NCBI RefSeq assembly: GCF_000019345.1
Contig: NC_010503.1
Span: 90,001-122,000, forward strand
From: Ureaplasma parvum serovar 3 str. ATCC 27815
GTDB taxonomy: Bacteria > Bacillota_I > Bacilli_A > Mycoplasmatales > Mycoplasmoidaceae
Reading direction: 5' to 3'
Length of the DNA stretch: 32,000 bases
Below the pieces are notes generated by a model, which worked only from the letters and a program-made list of their open reading frames with translations, ran no database searches and was not told the origin of the DNA. Positions 1-15,787 of the stretch are shown in pieces. Each line of letters begins with the position of its first letter. Within the stretch, counting starts at the first letter, position 1. The position numbers and the translations under genes are program-made.

Positions 1-7
1 ATGAGAT

Positions 8-39
8 AAAAAAACTAGTTTTTAAAAACTAGTTTTTTT
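8..39 (-). terminator. Perfect palindrome AAAAAAACTAGTTTTTAAAAACTAGTTTTTTT, likely intrinsic terminator of the minus-strand operon, overlapping the whiA stop
   Basis: Exact inverted repeat with terminal T/A runs. Confidence 0.7.
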
Positions 40-1007
40 AATTTTAATTCTTCATACATTTCTTTAATACGAGAATTAAAATGATTTAAACCACTTTTTG
101 AAATTTCAATATTAAACATCTGTTTTAATAAACAAGAAAGTTCATTTAATGAACAGTCTGGATTTTGTACTCGTAGTTCACAATACTTTAAAAATTTAGT
201 ACTTTGTTTGCAAAATTCATCGTGGTTTTTTTTTATTTCTAAAATCATTTCTTTAGTCAAAACCCCTGCTTTAGAACTTTTAGAAAGGTTAGAAATATCT
301 AAATTATTTAAACGTTGTTGTTGATTATTAAAATCACGTTGGATACGAATATTCTCAAATTCAAATAACGAATTTTGCGTACGGATCGCTTTTAAAAAAT
401 CACTGATTATCTCTGATTTTTTAAAATAAACAATGGTTTTTTTATTACGATAAATAATTTTATATTCTAAACCATAACGGGCTAAAGCCTTTGTTAATAA
501 TGGGATGTAATTATTTGAATCACAGCGAATTTCTAAATGATAGTTTTCAAGTGGGTGTGCAATTGAACCACCAGACAACATTGCACCAATTAAAAAATTT
601 GAACAATAGCGGTCTTTATGAAAATTTTCATTATTCGCATCATCAAATAGTTTTAAAATTTCATCTAATTTATCCAAATCACCTCAAAGTAATAGCGAAT
701 AATTAGTACGAGTTTTATTTAAATGGTCAGGCTCAAACATAATCTCATATTCAATATTTAAATTATTAAAATAATCTAAACCATTTAAAATAAATTCAAT
801 AATTTGTAAATTTTGAGATTTAATAATTCAAGTTAGTTTTTGACCAATTTTAATGGTTAAATTATTACGAAAAAACGAATATAAAATAACTTTATAGTCT
901 GTGGATGAATAATCAGTGTTAGTATAAATATCTTCTTTAACAAATTCACTAAACGTGAATTTGTTAGAATCATTATCAATTATTTCTTGTAATGTACTCT
1001 TTGGCAT
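15..1007 (-). CDS. whiA: WhiA/DUF199 family protein (330 aa, UGA=Trp)
   Basis: Track ORFs 15..677 and 828..1100 plus in-frame TGA codons give one frame from ATG at 1007 to TAG at 15. The C-terminal helix-turn-helix-like text ...[13 protein letters not shown]...[16 protein letters not shown] resembles WhiA. It neighbours trxB/lgt/hprK as in Firmicutes. Confidence 0.8.
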
Positions 1008-1902
1008 AAAGTGCTGCAATGACTCCATCATTTGTAGCAGTCGCAATTTGTCGAACATTTTTATCAACAATATCACCGGCTGCAAAAATACCACAAACAC
1101 TAGTTTGCATATTTTTATCAGTTGTAATAAATCCGTTTACCTCATTAAAAATACATAAATTATTTGTATTAATTCTTGAAGGCAATAGGCCAATAAAAGT
1201 GAAATTAGCTTCAATATTTAGTGTAGTTACTTCGTTTGTGATTAAATCTCTAAATTTTAAACCTTCTAAAAACTGATGACCAAAAAATTCGAATGTTTGT
1301 TTATTGTAATAAATTTTTATATTAGGTGTGTTATTTGCAATTTGTACTAATTGTTGTTCTGCTTTAAATTGTGGTTTATTGGCAATTAAATGAACTTCTT
1401 TAGCAATTGTAGCTAAATATATGGCCTCTTCCACAGCAGAGTTACCAGATCCAATCACAGAGACAGCTTTATTTTTATAAAGTGGTCCATCACAAATAGC
1501 GCAATAACTAATTCCCTTGTTTTCAAATTCTAATTCACCTAAAATGTTTAACCGTCTATTTTCTGTTCCTGTTGCAATAATTACAGTTTTAGTAATTAAT
1601 GTTTGTGTAGTTAATTTAATTTTTTTATATTTTTCTTTTAAAGATATTTCATCAGCAGCTTCATAAATAATAGAAACATTTAAATTTAAGACTTGTTCGT
1701 ACATTTTATAAGCCAATTCAGGTCCTGGAATACTATTGATACCTAAATAATTTTCTACATTTGATGTTAATGCTATTTTTCCTCCTGGGAATTGTTTTTC
1801 AACAATGATCACATTTAATCCAGAACGTTTAGCATAAACAGCAGCAGCTAAACCGGCTGGACCTGCGCCAATGATTACTAAATCGTAAACTTCTTGATTC
1901 AT
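973..1902 (-). CDS. trxB: Thioredoxin reductase (309 aa)
   Basis: FAD motif [15 protein letters not shown], redox-active [14 protein letters not shown] and AAGDIVD motifs. The track ORF ends on TGA (976-978); with TGA=Trp the true stop is TAA at 973-975. Confidence 0.93.
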
Positions 1903-1920
1903 TTAAAATCCTTTTCTTTA

Positions 1921-2928
1921 TTATTTATGACAATAAAATAAAAATTCTTCTGGCTTTCTTAATTCTCCAAATTTATGAATTTGGTCTTTCTTTTTATAAA
2001 ACATTTCAATAATTGCATCTAATAAGAATTTTTTTCTTAAAAGTGGCGCTATAAATTGTACATATAATGCACCTAATACACCAAAGATTAATAACAATGA
2101 ATTAATTATATAAGTTCCTTCAAAACTAAACTGTGGAGCACGAGCTGACTCCGTACTAAAACGAGTAACACCATAAAAGAAAAAATATGACATTGAAATA
2201 AAGCCTATTTTTAATTGTTTAATGTAAGACAAGCCAAAATAAATAAAAACAAAAACAATTACATTAAAGAATGATTCATATAGAAATAAAGGTTGATAAA
2301 TTGTAAATAGAGTTTTATTGCCCTCAATGAAATAATGTTTCATTCCTTCGAAAACAGCTGGCATAGCTTTTTTTAATCATTGTAAATCGTTAACAGTACT
2401 TTCAGCACCAAATATTTCACCGTTAATAAAATTTCCTCAACGCCCTAATGCCTGACCAATTAAAATTGTTGGAATAATAGCATCCGCATATATTCACATA
2501 CTAGGTTGGCGAATAACAACATTGCCATCAGCATCAATATCTCGAATGTGATATTTAGGCATGCGCAAAATAAGAGGAAAATAAACTGCAGCACTTAATA
2601 CCCCAGCAATCACCCCGCCTTGAATCGCTAACCCTCCACTTCTAAAATCAAAAAAATCTTTAGCATCACCGATTGCTAATGATCATAAACGAGCACCAAT
2701 AATTGTCATGGGAATTGCTAAAAAAATATAATAAAATCCTGGATCATAAGGCACTTTATAATGAAATTTTAAACGTAGACTATATGTTAGTATAGCAATT
2801 AAAAAACCGCATACAAAGATGATTCCATATCAATATATATTAAAATTGCTACCAATACTAAAAGCTACTCGATGTGCAACAACATCATTAACTAATGTGC
2901 TTTCTGGATTAATAATTTCTAATTGCAT
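1921..2928 (-). CDS. lgt: Prolipoprotein diacylglyceryl transferase (335 aa)
   Basis: C-terminal text YQPLFLYESFFN...FFYGVTRFSTESAR. The frame extends through TGA codons to ATG at 2926-2928, including the upstream RWGNFIN-like region (2430-2440). It lies between hprK and trxB. Confidence 0.85.
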
Positions 2929-3858
<930 letters not shown>

Positions 3859-3869
3859 TTATTATCTAC

Positions 3870-4862
3870 CTATTTCTCAATAACATTATGATCATCGATA
3901 ATATCAACATTAGAGTTGCTAATATTATCGCTTTTATTGTATGATATTAAACTAATTAATTCATCATCATTAACATGCATATAAATATTTTCTTGAACAC
4001 GATAAGCTTTTTCTTTATTAATTTGTTTACCAAAGAATTTGATTAATGAAATGATTTTATTTTCACTTGGATTAATAATTTTATGATCAATTAAAAAGTA
4101 GTAAATTAAATAATATTGAACCATATCGTCTTGACGAATAAAGTAGTCATATTTGTATTTATTTTTTTTAAATTCAATATATGATAAATCTATAAAATTA
4201 GCAAAAGAACTATGTTCTTTATTATATTTAATAACGAATTTTTTAAAATCATAAACCTCATTTAAACTTCAAGAACTAATTATTTTACGAACACGATTGC
4301 GTTCGTATATATCTAATTCATTTGTTTCGTCAATACCATACTTAATTTTATTTTCATCACAATAGCGTTGTAATGTTTGTTTACGCACAAATAAAACCGG
4401 ACGTTTAACAATTATGCCATTAATAACATTACTTTCCTTAATGCCATAAAATAAGGCTTTTGATTGGCGAGCTCGTTGCATATATGCCGTTTCTAAAAAA
4501 TCATCAAAATTATGCGCTATATACAAATTTTCAATATTATATTTTTTACCAATTTCTTTGAAAAAATCATAACGAATTAAACGTGCTTTTGTTTGAAAAT
4601 TATCAATATGACCATAACGTTCATAAACTTTTTCATCAACATCTAAAATTTCAATTATTAAATTATTTTTTCTACAAAAATCGACAACTATTTGCTGATC
4701 ACGATCGGATGATTCGCGTTTATGATAATTCACATGACAAACAACACGAATATTTCTTTTGTACATATTTAACATTGCCATAGAATCTGGACCACCAGAA
4801 ACAGCAGCTAAGTATTTTTTATTACTAATTCTATTAATTAAATTTGTTCATAACTTTATCAA
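3870..4862 (-). CDS. tilS: tRNA(Ile)-lysidine synthase; probable non-ATG start near 4862
   Basis: PP-loop [13 protein letters not shown] and [19 protein letters not shown]. ORFs 3870..4124 and 4269..4781 share a frame and are joined through TGA=Trp. Confidence 0.85.
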
Positions 4863-5394
4863 AATCTTCACCAATCGCTGCTAATGTAGCTAAAGCGCCC
4901 TTTATAATAGCTGGTTTAATTATAACTAATTCGTCAATCTTAAAATTCGATAAGACATATTGATCTAATTTTATATGTGGATCTTTATCAATTCCTATAC
5001 GAATGCGTTTAATTTCATCTGTTTTTAAAATGTTAATAATATTTTTAATTCCATTTTGCCCTCCTGAGGACCCCTTTTTTCTCAATTTTATCGTTCCTAA
5101 TTTCGTATCAACATCATCATAAATAACTATTAAATTTTTAATTGGAATATTATAAAAATTAAGCATTTTGATAACAAATTCACCACTTAAATTCATGTAA
5201 GTTGTTGGTTGACAAAAAAACACTATGGAATTGTTATAAATTGTTTTAGTAAAAATTCCATTAAATTTTGAACTATCTAGAGACAAATTAAGTTTGTTGC
5301 AAATCTCATTAATAACCATAAAGCCAACATTATGTCTTGTTTTTGCATAGTTTGATCCTGGATTACCTAATCCAACAATTAAATATTTTTCCAC
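4834..5394 (-). CDS. pth: Peptidyl-tRNA hydrolase (186 aa, GTG start)
   Basis: [35 protein letters not shown], and [27 protein letters not shown]. Confidence 0.95.
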
Positions 5395-5615
5395 ATTTAA
5401 TACCCATATTATAAACGTACAATGTTTATAAATCTCTTCAATAAAATTATTATATAATAGATGAATTTTAAGTTATGCACATTTAAACACTTAATAATAA
5501 TATTAATAATTAAAAATAAATAAATAAAAAATAAATTATATTTTAAAGCATCACGCTTTTTTGAATTTATATCTTTTATAATATAAATAATAAAAAATGA
5601 GGATTTTAATAAAAC

Positions 5616-6755
5616 ATGGAAGTTTTTATTTCTATAAAAAAATTAATTGAAGCAATAAAATTTAGTACAACAATTGCTAATACAAACAATGCAAATGCTT
5701 TATTATTAGGTGTTTTGATTGAAGTTAGTCAAAATAAAATTAGTTTTAAGACGACAAATAATCAAGTGAGTGGTTATAAAGAAATTACTGAAGGATTTGA
5801 ATATTTTAATAGTGGAAAAGTTTTAGTTACAGCTAAGATTATTTTAGGATTAATTTCTAAGCTTAAAGATAAATCTGTTTTATTAAAACAAATTGACACA
5901 AATATTTTATTAATTAAAACTGAAAATTTTGAAACTCAAATTAATACAATGAATATTGAAGGCTTTCCTAATTTAAACTTTAGTTTAGAAGATTACGTTA
6001 AAATCAGTTTGCCGCATCAAATTATGCAAGAGATTAATACAAAGGTTTTACCCAACGTTTTGAACAGTCAAGGAATTGAAAAAATTCAACCGATTTCTGG
6101 AATTTTGATTGATACTCAAACTTTAGAAAATAAGTTGATTGCTATTGGTACAGATAAAATTAAAGCTTCATGTTTAATAAGAGAATATATGGGTGAAAAA
6201 TTTAAATTTATTGTCTCTTATTCAACAATGAAATTGATTATCGAAATCCTTAAAAATGTTGAATATAGTAATAATCAAACTGTTGATTTTTATGTTCGAA
6301 GTAGAAGTTTAATTTTTAAAATTAATGATGCAATTTTACAAACAAGAATGATTGATGGTGTTTATCCAAATATTTACTCAATTTTTGATGAAACAAATGA
6401 AGAAAATACATATGTTTTTGATCGTCGTTTATTGATAGAAATTATTGAACGGGGTATGAATATTGTTATGCAAGAACAAAACCCTAAAATTAGTATTAGA
6501 ATAGACAAAAATGAAGCAGAAATCAGTTTAACAACTTTTGAAATTGGTAATATGAAAGAAAAAATGTCAATAGTTAATTTAAACAATAAAAGTGCTGAGT
6601 TTATTTTAAACCCTAGTTTGCTAGCTCATGTTTTAAAAAATTTTGATAACAACGATGTAACTTTTAAAGTTAAAGATGAAATTTTAAGACCTATTATTTT
6701 TATCGATACCAAAGATGTTGGATTTAAACAGATTTTATCAAGAATAAAAAATTAA
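5616..6755 (+). CDS. dnaN: DNA polymerase III beta sliding clamp family protein (379 aa)
   Basis: Three-part clamp-like sequence with VDFYVRSRSLIFKINDAILQTRMIDGVYPNI...FDRRLLIEIIERG. Located immediately upstream of yaaA-like and gyrB. Confidence 0.75.
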   Translation: MEVFISIKKLIEAIKFSTTIANTNNANALLLGVLIEVSQNKISFKTTNNQVSGYKEITEGFEYFNSGKVLVTAKIILGLISKLKDKSVLLKQIDTNILLIKTENFETQINTMNIEGFPNLNFSLEDYVKISLPHQIMQEINTKVLPNVLNSQGIEKIQPISGILIDTQTLENKLIAIGTDKIKASCLIREYMGEKFKFIVSYSTMKLIIEILKNVEYSNNQTVDFYVRSRSLIFKINDAILQTRMIDGVYPNIYSIFDETNEENTYVFDRRLLIEIIERGMNIVMQEQNPKISIRIDKNEAEISLTTFEIGNMKEKMSIVNLNNKSAEFILNPSLLAHVLKNFDNNDVTFKVKDEILRPIIFIDTKDVGFKQILSRIKN

Positions 6756-6892
6756 AGAAAACAGTTTATTATTATTTAAATATTAATATTTTTCTAATAA
6801 ATATCACTTACATTTACTAGTTGTTTAACCAAATTTTTAATATTTTATATATGTTATAATAAATATGTATTACTACAAATATTTTAAGACCT

Positions 6893-9075
<2,183 letters not shown>

Positions 9076-9096
9076 AATTGAGGTATATAAAATATT

Positions 9097-11619
9097 ATGG
9101 CATTAAAAAAACCAAAAAAAAGTCGTTTAACCACCGAAGAAATTAAGCAACAATTAGAAGGTTCAACGATTAAAGAACAATCAATTACAAAAGAAGTCGA
9201 AACATCATTTTTAGATTATTCAATGTCTGTAATCGTTGCACGTGCTTTGCCTGATGTGCGTGATGGATTTAAGCCCGTGCATCGCCGAGCTTTATTTGCT
9301 GCTTTCGAAAACGGAATGACACATGATAAGCCTTATAAAAAATCTGCACGTTGAGTTGGGGATGTAATTGGAAAATATCATCCACATGGAGATCAAGCTG
9401 TTTATCAAACTATTGTAAGAATGGCACAAGACTTTTCAATGCGTTATTTATTAGTTGATGGTCATGGTAATTTTGGTTCGATTGATGGTGATAGTGCAGC
9501 TGCGATGCGTTATACAGAAGCACGATTATCAAAAATCTCTTATGAATTATTAAAATACATTGATAAAGAAACAGTAGATTTTGTACCTAATTATGATGCA
9601 TCAGAACAAGAACCAAGTGTTTTACCATCAGGTTTTCCAAATTTATTAACAAATGGAACTACAGGAATAGCTGTTGGGATGGCAACAAATATTCCACCAC
9701 ATAATTTAACTGAAGTTTGTCAAGCAATAAAAGCTTATGCTAAAAACCATAATGTTACTATTTCTGAAATTATGGAATATCTAAAAGGTCCTGATTTTCC
9801 AACAGGCGCTGAAATTTATGGTGATAGCGGTATTATTAAATATTTTAATACAGGTCGTGGTTCAGTAACAATTCGTTCAAAATATGAAATTGAAGATATT
9901 GGGCAAGGACGTGTAGCAATTGTTGTGACAGAAATTCCTTATATGGTTAATAAAGCTAATTTAATTGAAAAAATTGTTGAATTAGTAACAAACAAACAAA
10001 TCGAAGGAATTTCTGATTTACGTGACGAGTCAAGTCGTGATGGAATTCGAATTGTTATTGAAGTTAAACGTGATGTTATACCTGAAGTTTTATTAAACAA
10101 ATTATTTAAAACAACACCTTTACAAACAAATTTTAGTGTTAATAATTTAGCTTTAGTTAATGGTGTACCAATGGTATTAAACATTAAGGAAATGATTAAA
10201 TACTATTTTGAACACCAAATTGAGATTTTAGTAAGAAGAACAAATTTTGATTTAAAAAAAGCAAAAGAACGAATTCATATTGTTGAAGGTTTAGTAATTG
10301 CTGTTAATAATATCGATGAAGTAATTAAAATTATTAAAGCCTCAGGTGATGATGATATTGCTTCAAAATCACTAATTCAACGTTTCGATTTAACAGAATT
10401 GCAAACGAAAGCAATTTTAGAAATGCGTTTACGCGCTTTAACAGGACTAAATATTGATAAATTAAAAAAAGAATATGAAGATTTAATATTAGTTATTAAA
10501 GATTTAGAAGATGTTTTAAACAACTACAATCGTCAAGTTAATATTATTTGTGAAAATTTAGATTATTTAATTGAAAAATTTGGTGATGAGCGTCGTACAG
10601 AAATTATGTATGGAGTTAGTTCGCATATTGATGATGAAGATTTAATACCAGTCGAAGATATTGTTGTAACAATGTCAAAACGTGGTTATTTTAAACGTTT
10701 GCCAATTGATACATATAAAAATCAACGACGTGGTGGTGTAGGTGTACAAGGATTAAAAACGTATGAGGATGATGATGTTGAAAAAATCTTAGTTGCTAAT
10801 ACCCATACAGATTTATTATTCTTTTCTGATTTAGGTCGTGTTTATCGATTACGAGGACATGAAGTACCATTGGGATCACGACAATCAAAAGGAATTCCAG
10901 CAATTAATTTTTTACCAATTGAAAAAAGTGAAAGCATTTTAACTATTTTACCAATAGATAATTATGATCAAGGTTCATTATTCTTTACAACAAGTAAAGG
11001 AATTATAAAACGAGCTAATCTAAGTGATTTCGAGTCAATTCGTGCTAATGGTAAAATTGCTATTACTTTAAAAGATGGTGATAAATTATTTTCAGTAATG
11101 CAAACACTAGGTAATGATGAAGTATTTATCGGCGCATCAAATGGTAATGTAATTCGTTTCAATGAAAATGATGCACGTGAAATGGGAAGAATTGCGACAG
11201 GTGTTAAAGGAATTAATTTAGAAAATGATGAATATGTTGTAGGAACAGGGTTATCTAGTCATGGAGAATATGTTTTAGCTGTTGGTTCTAAAGGATTAGG
11301 TAAATTAACTGACATCAATGATTATCGTTTAACTAAGCGTGGAGCAAAAGGTGTTAATACACTAAAAGTAAATGATAAAACAGGTAACTTAGTAAGTATT
11401 AAAGTTGTTAATCGTGAAGAAGAAGCTTTAATTATTACAACTAGTGGAAAAGTTATTCGTTTATCGATTAAAGACATTAGTGTAATTGGAAGAAATACAT
11501 CAGGAGTTAAATTAATTTCATTAGAAAATAAAGAAGAAGTAAAATCAATTGCTATCTTTAAAAAAGAAGAAATTAATGATGAACAATTATTACAAGAAAA
11601 TGATTACAATCTAAAATAA
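9097..11619 (+). CDS. gyrA: DNA gyrase subunit A (840 aa)
   Basis: [49 protein letters not shown], and C-terminal beta-pinwheel repeats. ORFs are joined through one TGA (LRVG region near 9355). Confidence 0.98.
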
Positions 11620-11627
11620 ATGACAAT

Positions 11628-11683
11628 AAAAACTACTTTAAAAAATAAAGTTATACTTTACTTTTTCTAAAAGTGGTTTTTAT
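11628..11683 (+). terminator. Probable intrinsic terminator after gyrA
   Basis: AAAAACTACTTT ... AAAGTGGTTTTT can pair over about 12 bp with one G-U, followed by T-rich sequence. Confidence 0.5.
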
Positions 11684-11726
11684 TATCTAAACTAATAATT
11701 ATTCAATTTGAAAGGATTTTAAAATA

Positions 11727-12197
11727 ATGAATGTGGCTTTAGAACTAATTAATTTACTAAAAGAAAGACGTTTAAGATTGAGTGTTTGCGAATCAGCAAG
11801 TTGTGGAGCTTTATCATCATCAATTGGTGAAGTTGCAGGTGCTTCAAGTGTTTTTGCAGGTGGTTTTATTAGTTATAGTAATGAAGTAAAAATTAAATTA
11901 GTAGGAGTGAGTGAAAAAACAATTTTTAAATATGGCGCTGTTTCTGAACAAACTGCTAAAGAAATGTGTTTACAAACAAATCAAAAGTTTAATACTGATA
12001 TTGCAATTTCAATTACAGGAAATGCTGGACCACAGGGAAGCGAAAATAAAGAAGTAGGTTTATTTTACATTGGAATCGCAATTAAAGATTTTGCAATTGT
12101 AAAAAAAGTCACATTAAATTCAAATGAACGTACTTTTAATCGTTTTTCTATAGCATGAGAAGCAATTAGTTATTTAATTGAATTGATAAAAAAATAA
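11727..12197 (+). CDS. CinA C-terminal domain (nicotinamide-nucleotide amidase-like) protein (156 aa)
   Basis: LSVCESASCGALSSSIGEVAGASSVFAGGFISYSNEVK...ITGNAGPQG matches the stand-alone CinA_C pattern. The frame reads through TGA at 12156 to TAA at 12195. Confidence 0.88.
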
Positions 12198-12223
12198 TTT
12201 TACTAATTCTTTAAATAGGATAG

Positions 12224-13240
12224 GTGAATAAATTTATGAAAGAAAATAATAATCTTGAGAAATTAGATCCAATTGCAACACTTGAAACAAAATTTGCTAA
12301 ATCATCTTATTTTATTGCTGATGAAATAAAAGATGAAAAAATTAATGCAATATCTACAGGATCAATTCATATAGATCAAATAACAGGAATTAATGGAATT
12401 CCAGTAGGAAAAATTACAGAAATTTATGGTAATGAATCATCAGGTAAAACTACAATTGCTTTACAAACAATTGCTGAATGTCAAAAAACTGGTGGGACAG
12501 TAGTTTTGTTAGATCTTGAGGGCTCATTTGATATTAATTATGCCAAAAGTCTAAAAGTCGATTTAACAAAATTAATCATTACGCAACCTCAAACAGGTGA
12601 ACAGGCTTTTGATATGATTGAAACATTGATTAAAACAAATTCAATAGATTTAATAGTTATTGATTCAGTTGCTGCAATGCTCCCAGAAAGCGAATATCAA
12701 GCAAATATGAATGAAGCATTGATGGGAGCACACGCTCGCTTAATGTCAAAAGGTTTACGTAAAATTCAACCATTAATTAATAAAAGTAAAACAGCCATTA
12801 TTTTTATTAATCAATTACGTGAAAAAATTAATACTTTTTTTGGCAATCCTGAAATGACCACAGGCGGTAAAGCTTTAAAATTTTATGCTAGTTTGAGAAT
12901 AGAAACCAAAAAAGCAGATTTAATTAAAGAGGGTATTAATAAAATTGGTATAAAAACAAAAGTAACAACAGTTAAAAACAAATTAGCACCACCGTTACAA
13001 ACATGTTTTATTGATATTTTTTTTGGTTCTGGTTTCGATTATAATAATGAAATTATAGATTTTGCAATCCAATATGGCGTCTTGAAAAAAAACGGTTCTT
13101 GATTTTATTTTAATGATAATAAAATAGGGCAAGGGCGAGAACAATTAAAAAATACACTATCAAAAAACAATGAACTTTTTATACAAATTTCAGAAAAAAC
13201 TTTGGAGTTTGTCAATAATGAAAAAAGCAATTGACAATAA
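12224..13240 (+). CDS. recA: RecA recombinase; GTG start at 12224 or ATG at 12236
   Basis: [70 protein letters not shown]. It reads through TGA to TAA at 13238-13240. Confidence 0.96.
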
Positions 13241-13271
13241 CTTGTAATATAATTATTATTGGTGATATAAG

Positions 13272-14693
13272 ATGGGTTATTTAATAGCATTTATTATATT
13301 ACTAATATTATTTGTATTGCTGATTACCATTGTTCCAGTTGTAATGGTAGTTTATCTTAAGAAAAAACAACTGAAATTAACTTTTGTTCCAAAAAGCCAA
13401 ACTTCTTTTAAAAAAATAGTTCAAAAAACTAAAGATTTAGAAGAAGAATGTGAAGATTTAAATAATAAAAATAATGAATTAAAAAAAGCAATTAGTGATC
13501 AAAATTTACAAATTGATTTACTCAAAAAAAACAATGAAAATTTTTTACTAAATGCCACAAGTTTAACAGCTGAACAAGCGAAAAAAGAACTTTTTAATTT
13601 ATTAAAAATAAAATTTAAAAAAGAGCTTGCTCAAGAATATGCAAAAATTAAACACGAATTTAATGAAGCCCAAGAAATTTATGCTCAAAACATTCTAGTA
13701 GAAACAATGGAGCAAATTGCTGAGCCTTTAATTGTTGAAAGATCTTTATTTAATATTGACATTATTGATGAAAATCTAAAAGGAAAAATTATTGGACGTG
13801 ATGGACGTAATAAAGCAGTTTTTGAAAATGAAGGCGGAGTTGATCTAATTGTTGATCGACAACAGCCAATTGTAGGAATATCTACTCCAAATCCAATTCG
13901 TCGTGAAATAGCACGAATTGTTATGCAAAAATTAATTGATTCAAAAAATATTGATATTAATCGTATTGAATTACTTTTTAAAGAAGAACGTGAAAAGTTT
14001 GAAAAAAAAGTTTTTGAGATTGGTAAAAACGTCGTAGAACAAACATTAGGTTTTTTTGATTTACCTGAAGGAATTTATTCTTATATAGGGAGAATGAAAT
14101 TTCGTAATTCTTATGGTCAAAATATTTTATCCCATTCATTAGAAGTTGCTGAATATGCTGAACGAATTGCTAAATTAATTAATATTGATCCTATAAAGGC
14201 AAAAAAAGCTGCATTTTTTCATGATATAGGAAAAACGATTGATTTTGAAAGTGACCTAGATCATGTAGAAGCGGGATTATTGATTGCTAAGAAATTTAAT
14301 TTAGATGATTATATTTATAATGCAATTGAATCACATCATAACAAAGTAATTCCAACAACAATTTATGGTGCATTAGTTAAAATAGTTGATACGCTATCAG
14401 CAGCCAGACCAGGAGCACGTGTTAATTCTTATGATGAATATTACAGTCGTGTAAAAGAACTTGAAACAATATGTATGCGATTCGAAGGTGTTAAAAGCGC
14501 CTATGTCATTAAATCTGGTCGTCAATTACGTGTAATTGTTGATTCTAACTTGGTAAGTGATGAGCAATTAGAACTCTTAGGTCACGAGATCAAAGTTGCA
14601 ATTGAAGAAAATGATTTATTAACAAATTATAAAATTAAGATCGTTTTAATTAAAGAAAAAAGGATTTCAATTGACACAAATATTATTGGATAG
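13272..14693 (+). CDS. rny: Ribonuclease Y (473 aa)
   Basis: N-terminal TM helix, coiled coil, KH region GKIIGRDGRNKAVFENEGGVDLIVD, HD motif LEVAEYAERIAKL...AAFFHDIGKTIDFE. Confidence 0.96.
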   Translation: MGYLIAFIILLILFVLLITIVPVVMVVYLKKKQLKLTFVPKSQTSFKKIVQKTKDLEEECEDLNNKNNELKKAISDQNLQIDLLKKNNENFLLNATSLTAEQAKKELFNLLKIKFKKELAQEYAKIKHEFNEAQEIYAQNILVETMEQIAEPLIVERSLFNIDIIDENLKGKIIGRDGRNKAVFENEGGVDLIVDRQQPIVGISTPNPIRREIARIVMQKLIDSKNIDINRIELLFKEEREKFEKKVFEIGKNVVEQTLGFFDLPEGIYSYIGRMKFRNSYGQNILSHSLEVAEYAERIAKLINIDPIKAKKAAFFHDIGKTIDFESDLDHVEAGLLIAKKFNLDDYIYNAIESHHNKVIPTTIYGALVKIVDTLSAARPGARVNSYDEYYSRVKELETICMRFEGVKSAYVIKSGRQLRVIVDSNLVSDEQLELLGHEIKVAIEENDLLTNYKIKIVLIKEKRISIDTNIIG

Positions 14694-14704
14694 TATGAAA
14701 TAAT

Positions 14705-14737
14705 AAAAAAGAAGCAAGACTACCTTGTTTCTTTTTT
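14705..14737. terminator. Bidirectional-looking intrinsic terminator between convergent rny and the 62-aa protein gene
   Basis: AAAAAAGAAGCAAG-ACTAC-CTTGTTTCTTTTTT: 14 bp stem with one G-U, flanked by A/T tracts. Confidence 0.8.
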
Positions 14738-14908
14738 ATTATTTTCTTTTATATGTTTTTTATCTGAATTTTTATTTAGATATTTTTGTTTTGTTTGCTC
14801 GTCGTTGCGTAATGCTTTTGAAATTCCTCAAATACCAAACGACAAACTAATAGCAAAAATAATACCAACGATCAATCAAATTTTTGATTTATTATTTGTC
14901 TTGCTCAT
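14720..14908 (-). CDS. Small single-pass membrane protein (62 aa)
   Basis: MSKTNNKSKIWLIVGIIFAISLSFGIWGISKALRNDEQTKQKYLNKNSDKKHIKENNKKETR. It uses TGA for Trp so it is absent from the track, and it overlaps the kinase gene by 17 nt. Confidence 0.6.
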
Positions 14909-15590
14909 TTTCTAACTTTTGTAATATTTTTGTAACTTCATCAACGTTTTGTTCAACAGAATTGTTTGCATCTAAAACAACATAGTTAATACCAAAATCT
15001 TTACAAACATTAACCATATAATTTTTGTACATTTCTAATAAACGTTTGAAGTATGTTTCATTAATTGAAAAATTATCAATTTCAACTTTCCGGTTTCTTT
15101 TAAAAATTCTTTCTTTGAATAACTCTCAATCACCATCTAAAATGACGTAAAGTTTTGGAACTCCATGTTCATAGATTAATTCTTTGCAAACTCCTTGTCA
15201 CAATCCATCATAATATGAAAATACAGAAGGTTTATCAATATTTGCATGCGCAAATAATCAATCTTCAAAAATACTACGATCAAAAATTGTTAAACTTTTA
15301 CGGTTACAATTATTTTTGTAGTTTGCAAAACGATTTAAAACAAAATATAGTTGAAATAAAGACCCAAAAAGAACGTTATTCTCACGTTCATACATTTTTG
15401 CTAGTAATAAATCCATTAATTTATCACCCTCAACCATTTCATAAACCACATTTGATGGTTGATATTTTTCGTGTAAAGCTTGTGCTAAAGTAGATTTACC
15501 AAAAGCAATCATACCACCTATTGCAATAGAATTAGAAACCCTATTTTTTTTAAAAGATGGTGTTAAAAAATCTAATTTTTTATCTGACAT
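14892..15590 (-). CDS. Deoxynucleoside (deoxyadenosine/deoxyguanosine-type) kinase (232 aa)
   Basis: P-loop IGGMIAFGKSTLAQAL, LTIFDRSIFEDWLFA, and arginine-rich ERIFKRNRKVE lid-like region. The frame is joined through TGA. Confidence 0.85.
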
Positions 15591-15787
15591 ATTTTAACCC
15601 TTATCATAAATATTTTTTTAGTTCATATTTTAGATTATACAAATAAAAAAACTAAAAAATAAAATTAAAAAAATAATTTTTTTATTATTAAAAAATGTTA
15701 ATTTTATGGTATTTATAATAGATAAAAATTAAATTTTGTGCTAATTCTAATTTATAATTAAAACTAGTAGTTTTTAGGGGATAATAA

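Noticed and set aside
491-706. Plus-strand ORFs over whiA/trxB (491..706, 955..1158, 1019..1276)
   Set aside because: Shadow ORFs of minus-strand whiA and trxB.
973-1007. Apparent frameshift or pseudogene status of many genes due to TGA codons (whiA, tilS, dnaX, ffh, lipoprotein etc.)
   Set aside because: The fragments share a reading frame and motifs continue across TGA, so this is the mollicute UGA=Trp code rather than gene decay. Only 28590-30175 shows real frame changes.
9939-10184. Antisense ORFs in gyrA, dnaN, lipoprotein and ABC permease regions (9939..10184, 10968..11162, 6374..6586, 22835..23110)
   Set aside because: All lie wholly within confidently assigned genes on the other strand and have no independent support.
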